IMG/VR virus record: IMGVR_UViG_3300033149_006617
Location: 3,756 to 67,755 of that record
Direction: 5' to 3' (one strand)
Length of the DNA stretch: 64,000 bases
Source of the DNA: a virus
Shown piece by piece: positions 49,081 to 58,246 of the stretch. Below the pieces are notes generated by a model. The model was not told where the DNA came from. It worked only from the letters and a program-made list of their open reading frames with translations, and ran no database searches. Every line of letters begins with the position of its first letter. Within the stretch, counting starts at the first letter, position 1. Both the position numbers and the translations under genes were made by a program.

Positions 49081-49899
49081 TTACAGGTCTGCGCATGTTT
49101 CGGCCAATTGCGGCCCTATGCGATACCAATAGCACCGGAATTTTCCACCCCCTACAAGAGGCACAAATACCCAGTCGGTATAAACCTCAAATGGTACATA
49201 AGCAGACTGAGGCATGGGAGGAGCCACCTCCGCAAACGTTTTCTTGCACCATTCTTTCGTTGCTACATGAAGACCACATCCACATTCTGCTGTGGGTGAA
49301 AGGTCTACATAATCTACCTTAACCACTGTACCCTCAGTCACATCTGCGGGAATTTCTTGATAGGGTGTCATCCATCGGTCATCGAAAGTATGTAGAAAAA
49401 CCTTACATAATGCAAATTCGCCTTTCTCGTTGCGAGGGATACCAGCCAAAATTTCTCGTACATTAGGCAAGCCGGTAACTCCTGAGAGTGCCGCCCCATG
49501 CAATACCACTCCTGTAATGTCGGAGTTTGTTATGTCGGCATTACGCAGATTTGCATGTTGCATACGTGCAAATCGCAGGCTGGCATTTATTAGAATGGCA
49601 TGTTCCAGGTCTGCATAAGCCATAGAAGAATAAAATGCGTTCACTCTAGGCATATTGGCGAATCTTAGGTTAGCATATGATAGTCTGGCATTTTGCAATG
49701 ACGCATAGTGCAGATTTATTCGTTCCATCTGTGCATTACAAAGATTTGCTTCCCTTAAATCTACGTCGTGAAGGTCACGCCCTGACATATCTGCACCAGA
49801 AAGGTCCTTTCCGGCTAGGGGTTCGACTTTTTCTCCCTCTTCCCGCCGGCGGTTCCATTCATCTGCCGTAAGATGTAGAAGGTCTTCTGCTGTCAACAT
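49081..49899 (-). CDS. Pentapeptide-repeat protein
   Basis: A(D/N)Lxx repeats; C-terminal 'ECGCGLHV'. Confidence 0.85.
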   Translation of the reverse strand: MLTAEDLLHLTADEWNRRREEGEKVEPLAGKDLSGADMSGRDLHDVDLREANLCNAQMERINLHYASLQNARLSYANLRFANMPRVNAFYSSMAYADLEHAILINASLRFARMQHANLRNADITNSDITGVVLHGAALSGVTGLPNVREILAGIPRNEKGEFALCKVFLHTFDDRWMTPYQEIPADVTEGTVVKVDYVDLSPTAECGCGLHVATKEWCKKTFAEVAPPMPQSAYVPFEVYTDWVFVPLVGGGKFRCYWYRIGPQLAETCADL

Positions 49900-49914
49900 A
49901 TTTTATTCCCCCTT

Positions 49915-50400
49915 TCAAAACAACATATCATCCATGATAGAATCGGCTACATCGTTCGGACTCATGCCACTCGTATACATTTCATAGTAGTCAAAATCTG
50001 GCAAGTCATCCATCGAGAGCATTAATGTGTTGTTTATCACATTTTCTACGGCTTTTTTCCATTCGTCGAAACTCTTTTCAGCGGAATTTTGCCGCTGAAA
50101 AGGCCCCTCCATTCCAACCTCCTCCCATGTCAATGGTATATTCCTTTCACAATAATAAGCATATTCCTCTCCTGGGGAACCCACATCAAACCTACATACG
50201 ACTTCATAATATCTCCCGAAATCGTGATTAAATCCCATTATAATTAGTTCTGCTCCTTCTGGTTCGGGGCCACATTTCTTACGGATGGCCTCGATGAATA
50301 ATCTGCACTCCTTTTTGGCCGCAAATTCATACCCCTCGCTTCCTACTTGTGCACATTCCTCGTCAGCCGGTGCTGACCCCAATGTGATATAATTCATCAT
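49915..50400 (-). CDS. Hypothetical phage protein
   Basis: LGSAPADEECAQVG...HDFGRYYEVV. Confidence 0.65.
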   Translation of the reverse strand: MMNYITLGSAPADEECAQVGSEGYEFAAKKECRLFIEAIRKKCGPEPEGAELIIMGFNHDFGRYYEVVCRFDVGSPGEEYAYYCERNIPLTWEEVGMEGPFQRQNSAEKSFDEWKKAVENVINNTLMLSMDDLPDFDYYEMYTSGMSPNDVADSIMDDMLF

Positions 50401-50401
50401 C

Positions 50402-50686
50402 TCATTCCTCCTTTTTGAGCCATTTTTGTGTTTTGTTGTCCCATTCAACCCGAAAAATCGGGCCGTTTTCCCCACACTGGATAAATATCGGCGGTATGGT
50501 GCCGTCCATCTTCGCCATGTCTATCTTCAAAGGCGATAGATTTCGATCCGCCATCAATAAGAAATCCAGATGGTCAGAATCTACGGCATCATCATACAAC
50601 CCGTATTTTGTTGCGTCGTTGACCCACAAGATATATCGTGGGTTGCGGCACAACTTGCCAGGGAATGTGAGGTAATTATATAGCAT
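50402..50686 (-). CDS. Hypothetical protein
   Basis: SD, operonic. Confidence 0.5.
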   Translation of the reverse strand: MLYNYLTFPGKLCRNPRYILWVNDATKYGLYDDAVDSDHLDFLLMADRNLSPLKIDMAKMDGTIPPIFIQCGENGPIFRVEWDNKTQKWLKKEE

Positions 50687-50832
50687 TCCTGTTTCCCCTC
50701 CTTACTTGATAAGATTCGCGAGAATATCCCCCAAAAATCCGGCCAAGGAGGACACCACCAGCACCCATACCAGAATTATACACACCTCCTCCATTCCAAT
50801 GTCCAGATATTCGTCATGCTTCATATTGTCAC

Positions 50833-50930
50833 CTCCCCTCAAAATTTTATTTTTACTTCTCTTCCCCGAATTTTTTCAGACAGGCGAAACGGAATCCAAA
50901 TATATCCTTCCATATATTCTGAGAATATGT
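50833..50930. repeat. ~100 bp dispersed repeat, copy 1 (copy 2 at about 54118-54222)
   Basis: CTCAAAATTTTATTTT..CCCCGAATTTT..CAGACAGGC.AAACGGA.TCC.AA.ATATCCTTCC shared. Confidence 0.75.
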
Positions 50931-51209
50931 CTTCAATAAAATATACCGGAAATATATTCCAATATATTCTATCAGAATATATCCCGATGGGGAAGGCATA
51001 CTGATGCCCCTCCATCGGGATTGCCCGACTGGGATATGTACGTGGGTGTATTGACTGTAGATATTCCTGTGGTCTTTTGTATCATCACCCCCTTCGGCGT
51101 TTATTTTCGTGCCCTGGTAAGGAGGAATTTATTAGATTCCCCCTTACCAGAGCGCAAATTATTGCGCTCCGGCATCCCCGCGAAAATCGCGGTGGAGAAA
51201 ATTACCTCT

Positions 51210-51647
51210 CTATCTTGAGGGCAATCTGGAATACCAAGATATTTGCCCTCTGTGCGTTATCGTCTGGGCAATTTGGCCAGAAATCGCGGCCTCCTCCACG
51301 GCTGCGCAGACGCAACCGTCGTCAGGAATCTCCAGACCAAGCTTCTCACAAATATATTCGCAATCACAATCACCGACCACCGCGCAACAACCAAGATATT
51401 CGGCACCACAATGCGGGCAGATTTCTTCTATATCCTCCTGTATCACTTTGCCACAATTGCCGCAATGTGCATAACCCCACCGCAGGTGCCAAAGATCAAA
51501 TTCCTCGTCAGCAAGCGTGACAACGCCTGCTTTCTTTGCGTCGGCGGCGGTTTCCTCATCACCAAAATAGTGGATCACCTCCGGCCATGTTAATATCCTG
51601 TCATCGGTCTCATCTTGAAGCAATTGTCTGCGTTCCTCCAGATTCAT
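51210..51647 (-). CDS. Zinc-ribbon protein (paralog of 45910-46428)
   Basis: CPHCGAEYLG, GDCDC, VEEAA shared. Confidence 0.65.
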   Translation of the reverse strand: MNLEERRQLLQDETDDRILTWPEVIHYFGDEETAADAKKAGVVTLADEEFDLWHLRWGYAHCGNCGKVIQEDIEEICPHCGAEYLGCCAVVGDCDCEYICEKLGLEIPDDGCVCAAVEEAAISGQIAQTITHRGQISWYSRLPSR

Positions 51648-51690
51648 TCTTCTGGTACCCTCCTTTTGTGTTGATTTTACCCGCGAGGAA

Positions 51691-52104
51691 TTAATAGCCG
51701 TACATCCGCAGGACTGCATTTCTTATTCTTTCCCAATCTTTATTGTCCCATCCCTCCTTCCGCTTTATTTTCGGGATGGGGGTGACGTATGCGCCTCTAT
51801 ATGGGGGCATCTCGTTGCGAAATGATATTGCGGGTGCCCAACCATATCCAAATCCAGGAGCGCCAATTGATCCCGATGTTTCTACATCTTCAGCATAAAG
51901 GCCCGTGTGTTCAATAAACTCATCGAATTCTTCCTTGCTCAAAATGGCCGCCCATTTTGCGCATTTGAGCCAAAGTCCCTCATCATATTCTTCAATATAT
52001 TCTTCCGTCTTTTCCCACAAATTTTCTTGCTTCCACGGTGGGCCATATTTTTCTACATCCTCGTCCATTTCACATTCCACATCGTAGATAATTGAGAATT
52101 CCAA
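51691..52104 (-). CDS. Hypothetical protein
   Basis: AGGAGG SD plus TTG start; 'GSIGAPGFGYGWAPAISF'. Confidence 0.6.
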   Translation of the reverse strand: MEFSIIYDVECEMDEDVEKYGPPWKQENLWEKTEEYIEEYDEGLWLKCAKWAAILSKEEFDEFIEHTGLYAEDVETSGSIGAPGFGYGWAPAISFRNEMPPYRGAYVTPIPKIKRKEGWDNKDWERIRNAVLRMYGY

Positions 52105-52295
52105 CTTTGTGCCTCCTTTTGCGCGGAAATTTCCGCGCTGATTTTGTCCGCGAAAAATCGCGGGAAAAGAAAACAACTACCCCCTCAACATTGCCCTCCT
52201 TTCCTTCTCCAGCTTCTTGCGGTAGATTCTTTCCCTCCGCTTTATCTTCTGGAGATTTCTATCCTCTGCGGTTAGAACAGCTCGGTGCTTATTCT

Positions 52296-52904
52296 TCATA
52301 GCTCATCCCACCCTCCATATAGATAGTATCCTTTCGACTCCTTCAGGTAAAATTTCCACGGAGATGACGAATACAGAATATCGTCTTTCTTCTCGAAGCG
52401 GCCATAGGTACGAATATCTGTGGGGGTGACTATGACCCATTTGCCTGGAGCAACGTCTAAAATATCTTCCCCTGCTATGGACACAATTGACGCAATCACG
52501 CGAGTATCTGTCCAGGCCGACCACGGTTCTCCATTTTCTTTAAGCGTTATTGCCAAATTTAGCAATAGCGATTCCCATTCGGGGACTACGCCGTTGTGAA
52601 ATAATATCTTTTCGGCATAGCCCTCCTTATCTACCCGTGGAATTAATTCCACGGGGAAAGGATGCGTGGATTCTTTGTCCACTTTTCCGCAAGACGCCGC
52701 GCGAAAGTGAACCACATGCGGAATAACATCAACATTTTCCCTGTAAAATTTCCATGCGCTTTTTTCCTCCATAAATCCTTTGGCCCAATATGCGGCATCG
52801 CCATCGGGCCACCCAAATCCAGCCCCGTCAGAATTCCCTGTCCAACAGTCAGAGAATTCTGCCTTTGTAAGTTTCCGTTCCCTGCAAACTGCAATCACGC
52901 ACAT
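52296..52904 (-). CDS. Class II (Ntn) glutamine amidotransferase
   Basis: N-terminal MC, NSDGAG, HFRAAS.G, THPF, FHNG, TDT. Confidence 0.85.
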   Translation of the reverse strand: MCVIAVCRERKLTKAEFSDCWTGNSDGAGFGWPDGDAAYWAKGFMEEKSAWKFYRENVDVIPHVVHFRAASCGKVDKESTHPFPVELIPRVDKEGYAEKILFHNGVVPEWESLLLNLAITLKENGEPWSAWTDTRVIASIVSIAGEDILDVAPGKWVIVTPTDIRTYGRFEKKDDILYSSSPWKFYLKESKGYYLYGGWDEL

Positions 52905-54022
52905 ACTTTCTTTACCTCCTCCGCAATTATATCCACCACTGTTTTCCATATATCTGTCAAGATAGGGCCTCGCCCGACCCTCCATGCTTGCGGGATTCCA
53001 TAGGTTAGGAATCCGCCGCATGGATTTTCAGATTCTGGGATTCGGGGAGCATATATTCCTCTATCCAGAGGGATTGTAAATCCCGCCGTGCATATTCCCC
53101 TGTCCGCATGGAGGCCAAATAATGTTACTGTCTTCCCAGCCGGAATTTTCGGCGCAAGAAGATCCCGTACTACCTTCTGCGTATCGAGGTCCCACTCGTC
53201 TTGGAATACAATATGCCCCTTCGGCTTGAATTGAGGATCTTCGAGCCAATTTCTGCAAATTCCAGAGGGGTTAGGAATATCATGGCCTGCTATAAAGGCC
53301 AAATATTCTGCCGCCCTATAGGACGAGACTCCAATACCTCGGAATTCGTCTGGGGTTGCTACTACGTTTCCCCGAATATTTACAACCTTCGGGATTTCCA
53401 CCCATTTCTTACGGAGTAGCGATTCCGCGAGTTGTTGAGCGATATTCAGCACTGTTGCGGTAATTTTCGGCTCAGCAAAAGGGAACGAAGGAGGAGTCCT
53501 ATATTCAAAGCCGTGATAATTTGTTCGGTAATCTGATAGAAATCCATATCCTTCTTCCCTTCTTGCCGAGCCATTATATTTTTGTAGCGGTTCCCCAAGC
53601 ACAATATCAAAAGCTTCTATAATTTCGTGCCCAGGTGTGGGTTCAGTTCCGTTATACGAATCATTATATTCTTCCCTGGTTTGGTTCGACGGCCATGCAA
53701 TATGAATATGCCCCCCAAGGGGATAAACATCTCCCTCGACAGAAAGGTCATATCCGTCCCACGTTATGCGATGAAACTCAGCAATAAGTGACGAAATATT
53801 TGATGCTACATCTACGGCGCTTACTGACGGCTCAGGACGGAGCTCAACCTGGCATTTTGCCCCGTCTAATCCGACCGGAGATCCCCAGTAGTGATCTTCG
53901 GGAAAATAAGTCCCAGCGTCAACTACTTCCCCATCAACCAATAATTCAAATTCTGGGTCAGCACCGACGAGTACATCCGGCGCTGCTCGCCCCAAATTTC
54001 TTCCAGGGAACCGGTACGTCAT
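52895..54022 (-). CDS. phiEco32-like COOH-NH2 ligase (amidoligase type 2)
   Basis: VGADPEF, GLDG...ELRP.P, GGHIH, YG...DYR...HGFEYRTPPS. Confidence 0.82.
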   Translation of the reverse strand: MTYRFPGRNLGRAAPDVLVGADPEFELLVDGEVVDAGTYFPEDHYWGSPVGLDGAKCQVELRPEPSVSAVDVASNISSLIAEFHRITWDGYDLSVEGDVYPLGGHIHIAWPSNQTREEYNDSYNGTEPTPGHEIIEAFDIVLGEPLQKYNGSARREEGYGFLSDYRTNYHGFEYRTPPSFPFAEPKITATVLNIAQQLAESLLRKKWVEIPKVVNIRGNVVATPDEFRGIGVSSYRAAEYLAFIAGHDIPNPSGICRNWLEDPQFKPKGHIVFQDEWDLDTQKVVRDLLAPKIPAGKTVTLFGLHADRGICTAGFTIPLDRGIYAPRIPESENPCGGFLTYGIPQAWRVGRGPILTDIWKTVVDIIAEEVKKVCA

Positions 54023-54296
54023 TTTGTGCCTCCTTTTTGCGCGGATTTTCCCACGCTGATTTTACCCCACGGAAAAATCGCGGGGAAGAAAACAACCACG
54101 ACTTTATCCTATTTTCATCCCTCCCTCAAAAATTTTATTTTCACTTTCCTCCCCGAATTTTGCCCAGACAGGCAAAACGGAGTCCGAACATATCCTTCCC
54201 CCGTACATTCCGAGAATATATCTCATATATTTATCTCCGAGATATATTTTCGGAATATCACCTCCTTTCATTATAAGGAAAAACCGCGAAGGTTAT

Positions 54297-54491
54297 TTAT
54301 TCTTCTTTTTCCTTCGCGGCTTTATTTTGTGAATTTTCTTGTGTTTCGGCGACTTGCTTATTGGTCGCCCCATATTTATCCCTCCTTTCTCGGAGCATTA
54401 GATGCCCACATTTCGGGCACGTTTTCATGCTATCGCCGCGTTTATATTCGCGGTGATTTCCGCAGTGAACGCAACGATATACTCCTCCCAT
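54297..54491 (-). CDS. Zinc-ribbon protein
   Basis: YRCVHCG...CPKCG. Confidence 0.6.
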   Translation of the reverse strand: MGGVYRCVHCGNHREYKRGDSMKTCPKCGHLMLRERRDKYGATNKQVAETQENSQNKAAKEKEE

Positions 54492-54585
54492 ATTCCACCT
54501 CCGTTATTTATTTTGTACCCCAACGGGAGAGAACTTCGGGATTCCCTCCCGTTGAGGCGCAAAATTCTGCGCCTCAACTATAATT

Positions 54586-54777
54586 CTATTTCTCCCTAGC
54601 GTAATCCGCGACCGCTTTCAGCAAGTCGCTCGCAAATGCTTGCTGAACAGTCAATGCCGCCTCCTCTAACTCCGGCGGCAGGGGAACTAAATTTTTGCGG
54701 ATGCTGGCGAGGAAGTCAAATAATTCATCCCCGCCGTACCATGCTAGCAGTCTTTCGACTGCTTCCTTGGTCGTCAT
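54586..54777 (-). CDS. Hypothetical protein (MTxxEAV family)
   Basis: AGGAGG SD; similar to 45321-45545. Confidence 0.55.
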   Translation of the reverse strand: MTTKEAVERLLAWYGGDELFDFLASIRKNLVPLPPELEEAALTVQQAFASDLLKAVADYAREK

Positions 54778-54848
54778 TTCTACCCTCCTTTCTTGTGCGG
54801 AAATTTCCGCGCTTTTTGTTTACCCGCGAAAAATCGCGGGAAAGAAAA

Positions 54849-55055
54849 CTAACAAAAATCCTCCACAGCAAACTCAACCTCACTAAGATCCTCGAGGTTT
54901 ATGTTTGCCTCTGTAAGCCGCCGGAATGCAGCCACAACATTTTCCGGCGTGTTGAGAGGGAGATTCGGCATTCTCTTTGCAAACGCATACCAAATCAAAT
55001 CCTTCGGATCGTTGAAATATTCGGCGATCTTCTGGACGGCCTCTCGGAGGCGCAT
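54849..55055 (-). CDS. Hypothetical protein
   Basis: AGGAGG SD; MRLREAV start. Confidence 0.55.
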   Translation of the reverse strand: MRLREAVQKIAEYFNDPKDLIWYAFAKRMPNLPLNTPENVVAAFRRLTEANINLEDLSEVEFAVEDFC

Positions 55056-55768
55056 GTTTTCACCTCCTCCTTTTCGCGCGGAAATTTCCGCGCTGAAAAT
55101 GATTATGCCTCCGGCCCTGGAGGAGCGATAGGCTTGATATTTAAGCGCCTATAAATCCGCCTTACCCTCCACATATATATTCTTGCCTTCCACGTCCACC
55201 ACCATACCCCTATCTTCCTTATCATTTTCTACCCTCCTTTGCGGAAATTTTCGCGGCAAAGAAAACGACTACCTCCCCCATTTATTGTTAATGTCCCTCA
55301 GCCTCCTTTCCAACCTTCTCATTCTCTTCTTTGTTTTCCATTTCCACCACCATGTTTTGATTTTCTTTACCATTTTCTATTCTCCTTTCCCGTTTTATTT
55401 TGTGCCCCAATAGGAAGGAACCCGAAGATTCTTTCTTATTGAGGCGCAAAATTCTGCGCCGCCGATTTTACCCGCAATTTTTCGCGGGAAAGAAAATCCC
55501 CCACAAAAAATTTTTAAATTTTTACCCCCCACAAAAAATCGCGCCAAGACAGGAAAAATCCGCTCCGAACAGATTCTACCCCCCTAATACCAGACTCACC
55601 TTAGTTGATAATAATGCTATCAACATTGTTGCTATTGGTAGGTTTGCATAAGTTTATAGGCATTTTCTTGCATATATAAGTTTGACTATATTTTCTTATG
55701 CAAATCTGTATTGATATATGTTGATATATTTGTTGATATTATTATTGTCAAGGTGCGCTTGTGAAGGA

Positions 55769-55881
55769 TCGGGCTTGTTGCCCGCAGACGGGCTTAGTGC
55801 CCGGGCTTCGGGCTTGTTGCCCGCAGACGGGCTTAGTGCCCGGGCTTCGGGCTTGTTGCCCGCAGACGGGCTTAGTGCCCG
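55769..55881. repeat. 39-bp tandem repeat x~2.9 built from mini-hairpins
   Basis: TCGGGCTTGTTGCCCGCAGACGGGCTTAGTGCCCGGGCT repeated. Confidence 0.9.
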
Positions 55882-55937
55882 ATATTTTCAACGCCATTCC
55901 CTTGCGAGAATTGTTTTGTGTGCCTTCTTAAATGCCG

Positions 55938-55972
55938 AAAATCCCTCCTGCCTTGAAGGCAGGAGGGATTTT
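55938..55972. terminator. Long perfect hairpin (terminator or processing site)
   Basis: GAAAATCCCTCCTGCCTT-G-AAGGCAGGAGGGATTTTC just after the stop of 55992-56390(-). Confidence 0.5.
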
Positions 55973-55991
55973 CGCGCCAAAGAGAAAACGA

Positions 55992-56348
55992 CTAACTTAT
56001 ACCAAGTATCCTCTTCGCCTCCTCTATTCGCGCCATTTCTTCTTCGATCTTCTTGCGCGCTTCTTCCACCGTACTTGCGTTGAATCTGCGCGCAATACGT
56101 GCGTCACGCAATTGTTTGGCCTTGGCGTTGATCTTCGCGCCAAGGGATTCTGCGGTGTCGGCGTTATCCTGGAGGTGTTCGAGAACGACTTCGAGCACCA
56201 GATTGCCAACACCGTGTACAGAATAATACTCTTCCTCAACGCCGAGTGTTTCGTAGAACTCCTTGCGTTCAGAAGGGCGAAGGCTTAGAGGGTAAGTGAA
56301 CCCCTTCTCGACGGCATTGACTTCTTGTGTGAACTTGCTGGACATCAT
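55992..56348 (-). CDS. Hypothetical coiled-coil protein
   Basis: AGGAGG SD before MMSSK. Confidence 0.55.
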   Translation of the reverse strand: MMSSKFTQEVNAVEKGFTYPLSLRPSERKEFYETLGVEEEYYSVHGVGNLVLEVVLEHLQDNADTAESLGAKINAKAKQLRDARIARRFNASTVEEARKKIEEEMARIEEAKRILGIS

Positions 56349-56403
56349 GTTGCCTCCTTCGGCAAGAATTGTGCGCGAAAAATCGCGCAAACAAGGGAAC
56401 GGC

Positions 56404-56604
56404 CTAACGACTAATGTTCACCTCCTTTGGCCTCCAAAATTTGCGCGGAAGAATGATGAACTTAGCCGGGCGAAGGCCACAACGTACGGTGTCTTCGTTT
56501 TCGTCACGGGTTTGCGCAAGGCTATACACTTGGCCTTCTCGCAAGTATGTGTGGCCCTTGCCTATTACTTTAACCCTTACCTCTGTCTCGTCGCGAATTT
56601 GCAT
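56404..56604 (-). CDS. Hypothetical protein
   Basis: AGGAGG SD. Confidence 0.5.
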   Translation of the reverse strand: MQIRDETEVRVKVIGKGHTYLREGQVYSLAQTRDENEDTVRCGLRPAKFIILPRKFWRPKEVNISR

Positions 56605-56635
56605 TCTGTGCGCCTCCTTGCGGAAATTTTGCGGG

Positions 56636-56935
56636 CTAAGAAGAACGACTAACGACAGCCTCTGCTATATCATTCGCCTCCTTTCGGGAAAGCCCAAAGA
56701 CTTCTGTTAACGCAAGTGCAACTTTTTCGCGGACGAATGTAGGGAAAAAATGCACAATACAGTCTTTCCCTTCTATCGCAATTCGCTTTTCTGCTATACT
56801 GTTGCTAATTACCCACTCGCCCCCACACACACTTATACCGTTGCACTTATACAGTTGCTTTAATTTGTACAGCCGGGGAGGGCGTACGTCAGGGTACACC
56901 TCCTCTAATTCTGTCACCACAAAAACTTTTTTCAT
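56636..56935 (-). CDS. Hypothetical protein
   Basis: AGGAGG SD. Confidence 0.5.
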   Translation of the reverse strand: MKKVFVVTELEEVYPDVRPPRLYKLKQLYKCNGISVCGGEWVISNSIAEKRIAIEGKDCIVHFFPTFVREKVALALTEVFGLSRKEANDIAEAVVSRSS

Positions 56936-56976
56936 TCTTTTGCCTCCTTCGGCAAAATTTTCGCCGGAAAGAAAGA

Positions 56977-57180
56977 CTACCTCCGCCCTCCTTCCTTTAA
57001 TACGTTAACACCGTAACACCGGTTGAGATGCTTGGCCCATGCCCGAATCGCCTTGACGTAAGGATCACCAGACCGGCCTTGCGCCTCCGTCCACTGCGCA
57101 GAGGCAACCTCGTACGCCCGGGCATTGGCCTTGCCCGCCTTGCGCAGACCGGCCAACGTCCAAGGTTTGTACACCTTCAC
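56977..57180 (-). CDS. Hypothetical protein, first gene of the leftward block
   Basis: AGGAGGAGG SD, promoter immediately upstream. Confidence 0.55.
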   Translation of the reverse strand: MKVYKPWTLAGLRKAGKANARAYEVASAQWTEAQGRSGDPYVKAIRAWAKHLNRCYGVNVLKEGGRR

Positions 57181-57202
57181 GTCTATCGCCTCCTCCTTGC
57201 GC

Positions 57203-57246
57203 TATAGTGTAGTATACACTATACCATACTTGCGCGTGTTTGTAAA
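57203..57246 (-). promoter_or_regulatory. Leftward promoter overlapped by a palindrome
   Basis: Minus strand TTTACA-17 nt-TATAGT; inverted repeat TATAGTGTA-gta-TACACTATA at 57203-57223. Confidence 0.65.
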
Positions 57247-57290
57247 CCCCCTTTACAAAAAAAGTTTAAGTTTTTTTGTTTGAAGGATCG

Positions 57291-57374
57291 CTTGGCCCTT
57301 TGGCCCCTTGGCCCCTTGGCCCCTTGGCCCTTTGGCCCCTTGGCCCCTTGGCCCCTTGGCCCCTTGGCCCCTTG
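57291..57374. repeat. 8-bp tandem repeat (TTGGCCCC) x~10
   Basis: Directly visible, with TTGGCCCT variants. Confidence 0.92.
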
Positions 57375-57771
57375 TTTCCGAGTCTTATACTTTCTTACTT
57401 TCTTACTCCGAAAACGCGACCAAAATTTTTGATCGGGATGTGTAGTATGTTAACAATATCACACAAGTTCCAACGCGCCCCTGTATAAGTTTGTACAAGT
57501 TTAGTGCTGTTTACTTGGGCAAACCCTCCTGGGAGGGGGTATATACATATATGCGAATATCCGAATATTTTGGGGGGCTGCCCGCATACCCCACCTTCAA
57601 ACGCGGGTGAACTTTTGAAAATTTCAGAATCAAAAAATTGAAAAGAATAATGAAGGGGATAATTATTGAAAGAACAACCACGGTGAGGCAGGTAAACTTC
57701 TGAGGATTCCAACCTGCCTGTGCGGAGCACGCAGACAGGCAGACAGGTATAAATACAAAAATAGTTATAAG

Positions 57772-57973
57772 AATGAGTAGAAGAGTAATGAATAAAGTAA
57801 TTAGAAGAGTAATGAAAGAAATAATGAACAAAATAAGCAGAAGCATAATGAATAGAATAAGTAAAAGTATAACGAACAGAATAATTAGAAAAGTAGTAGA
57901 TAAAACAAGCAGAAGAATAATGATGAATAAAATGAGAAGAATAATGATGAATAAAATGAGAAGAATAATGAAT
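57772..57973. repeat. Degenerate A/G-rich 12/24-nt periodic low-complexity tract
   Basis: Units such as AGAAGAATAATGATGAATAAAATG. Confidence 0.7.
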
Positions 57974-58246
57974 GGGGAGAATAGTAGAGGGAGGAGGATA
58001 GTGGAGGTGGTTTTCTTTTTCCCGCGAAATTTTATTTTGGGGGAATTTTTTCCGCCCTGCCTGTGCAGAAGGCAGACAGGGAAAAATTTTTATTTTGAGG
58101 GAGGGCTAATTTGGCCCGAAGACATGCCTGCCTATGCAGAAGGCAGACAGGCGTATGTAGCCTACGGGGGTAGCCCCTAGCAAGGCAGACCTGAGCTAGG
58201 CCCTCTTAGGGCCACAAAAAATCTTCAAAAAATTCCGCCGAGGGGG

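Noticed and set aside
50981-51021. Hammerhead ribozyme in a hairpin containing CTGATG
   Set aside because: Lacks the CUGANGA...GAAA core; only a simple hairpin
55769-55881. Possible CRISPR mini-array
   Set aside because: Units are identical tandem copies with no unique spacers; the Cas4-like gene is a typical stand-alone phage nuclease and no other cas genes are present
48309-56970. Integron attC cassette array
   Set aside because: The spacers lack RYYYAAC/GTTRRRY ends, and the recombinase lacks an evident IntI-specific insertion
57773-58180. 135-aa ORF (MSRRVMNK...) or stop-codon-recoded ENNE-like ORF
   Set aside because: Low-complexity tract with no SD that runs through REP-like elements; TAA, TAG and TGA all end well-recognised genes elsewhere, so there is no support for recoding
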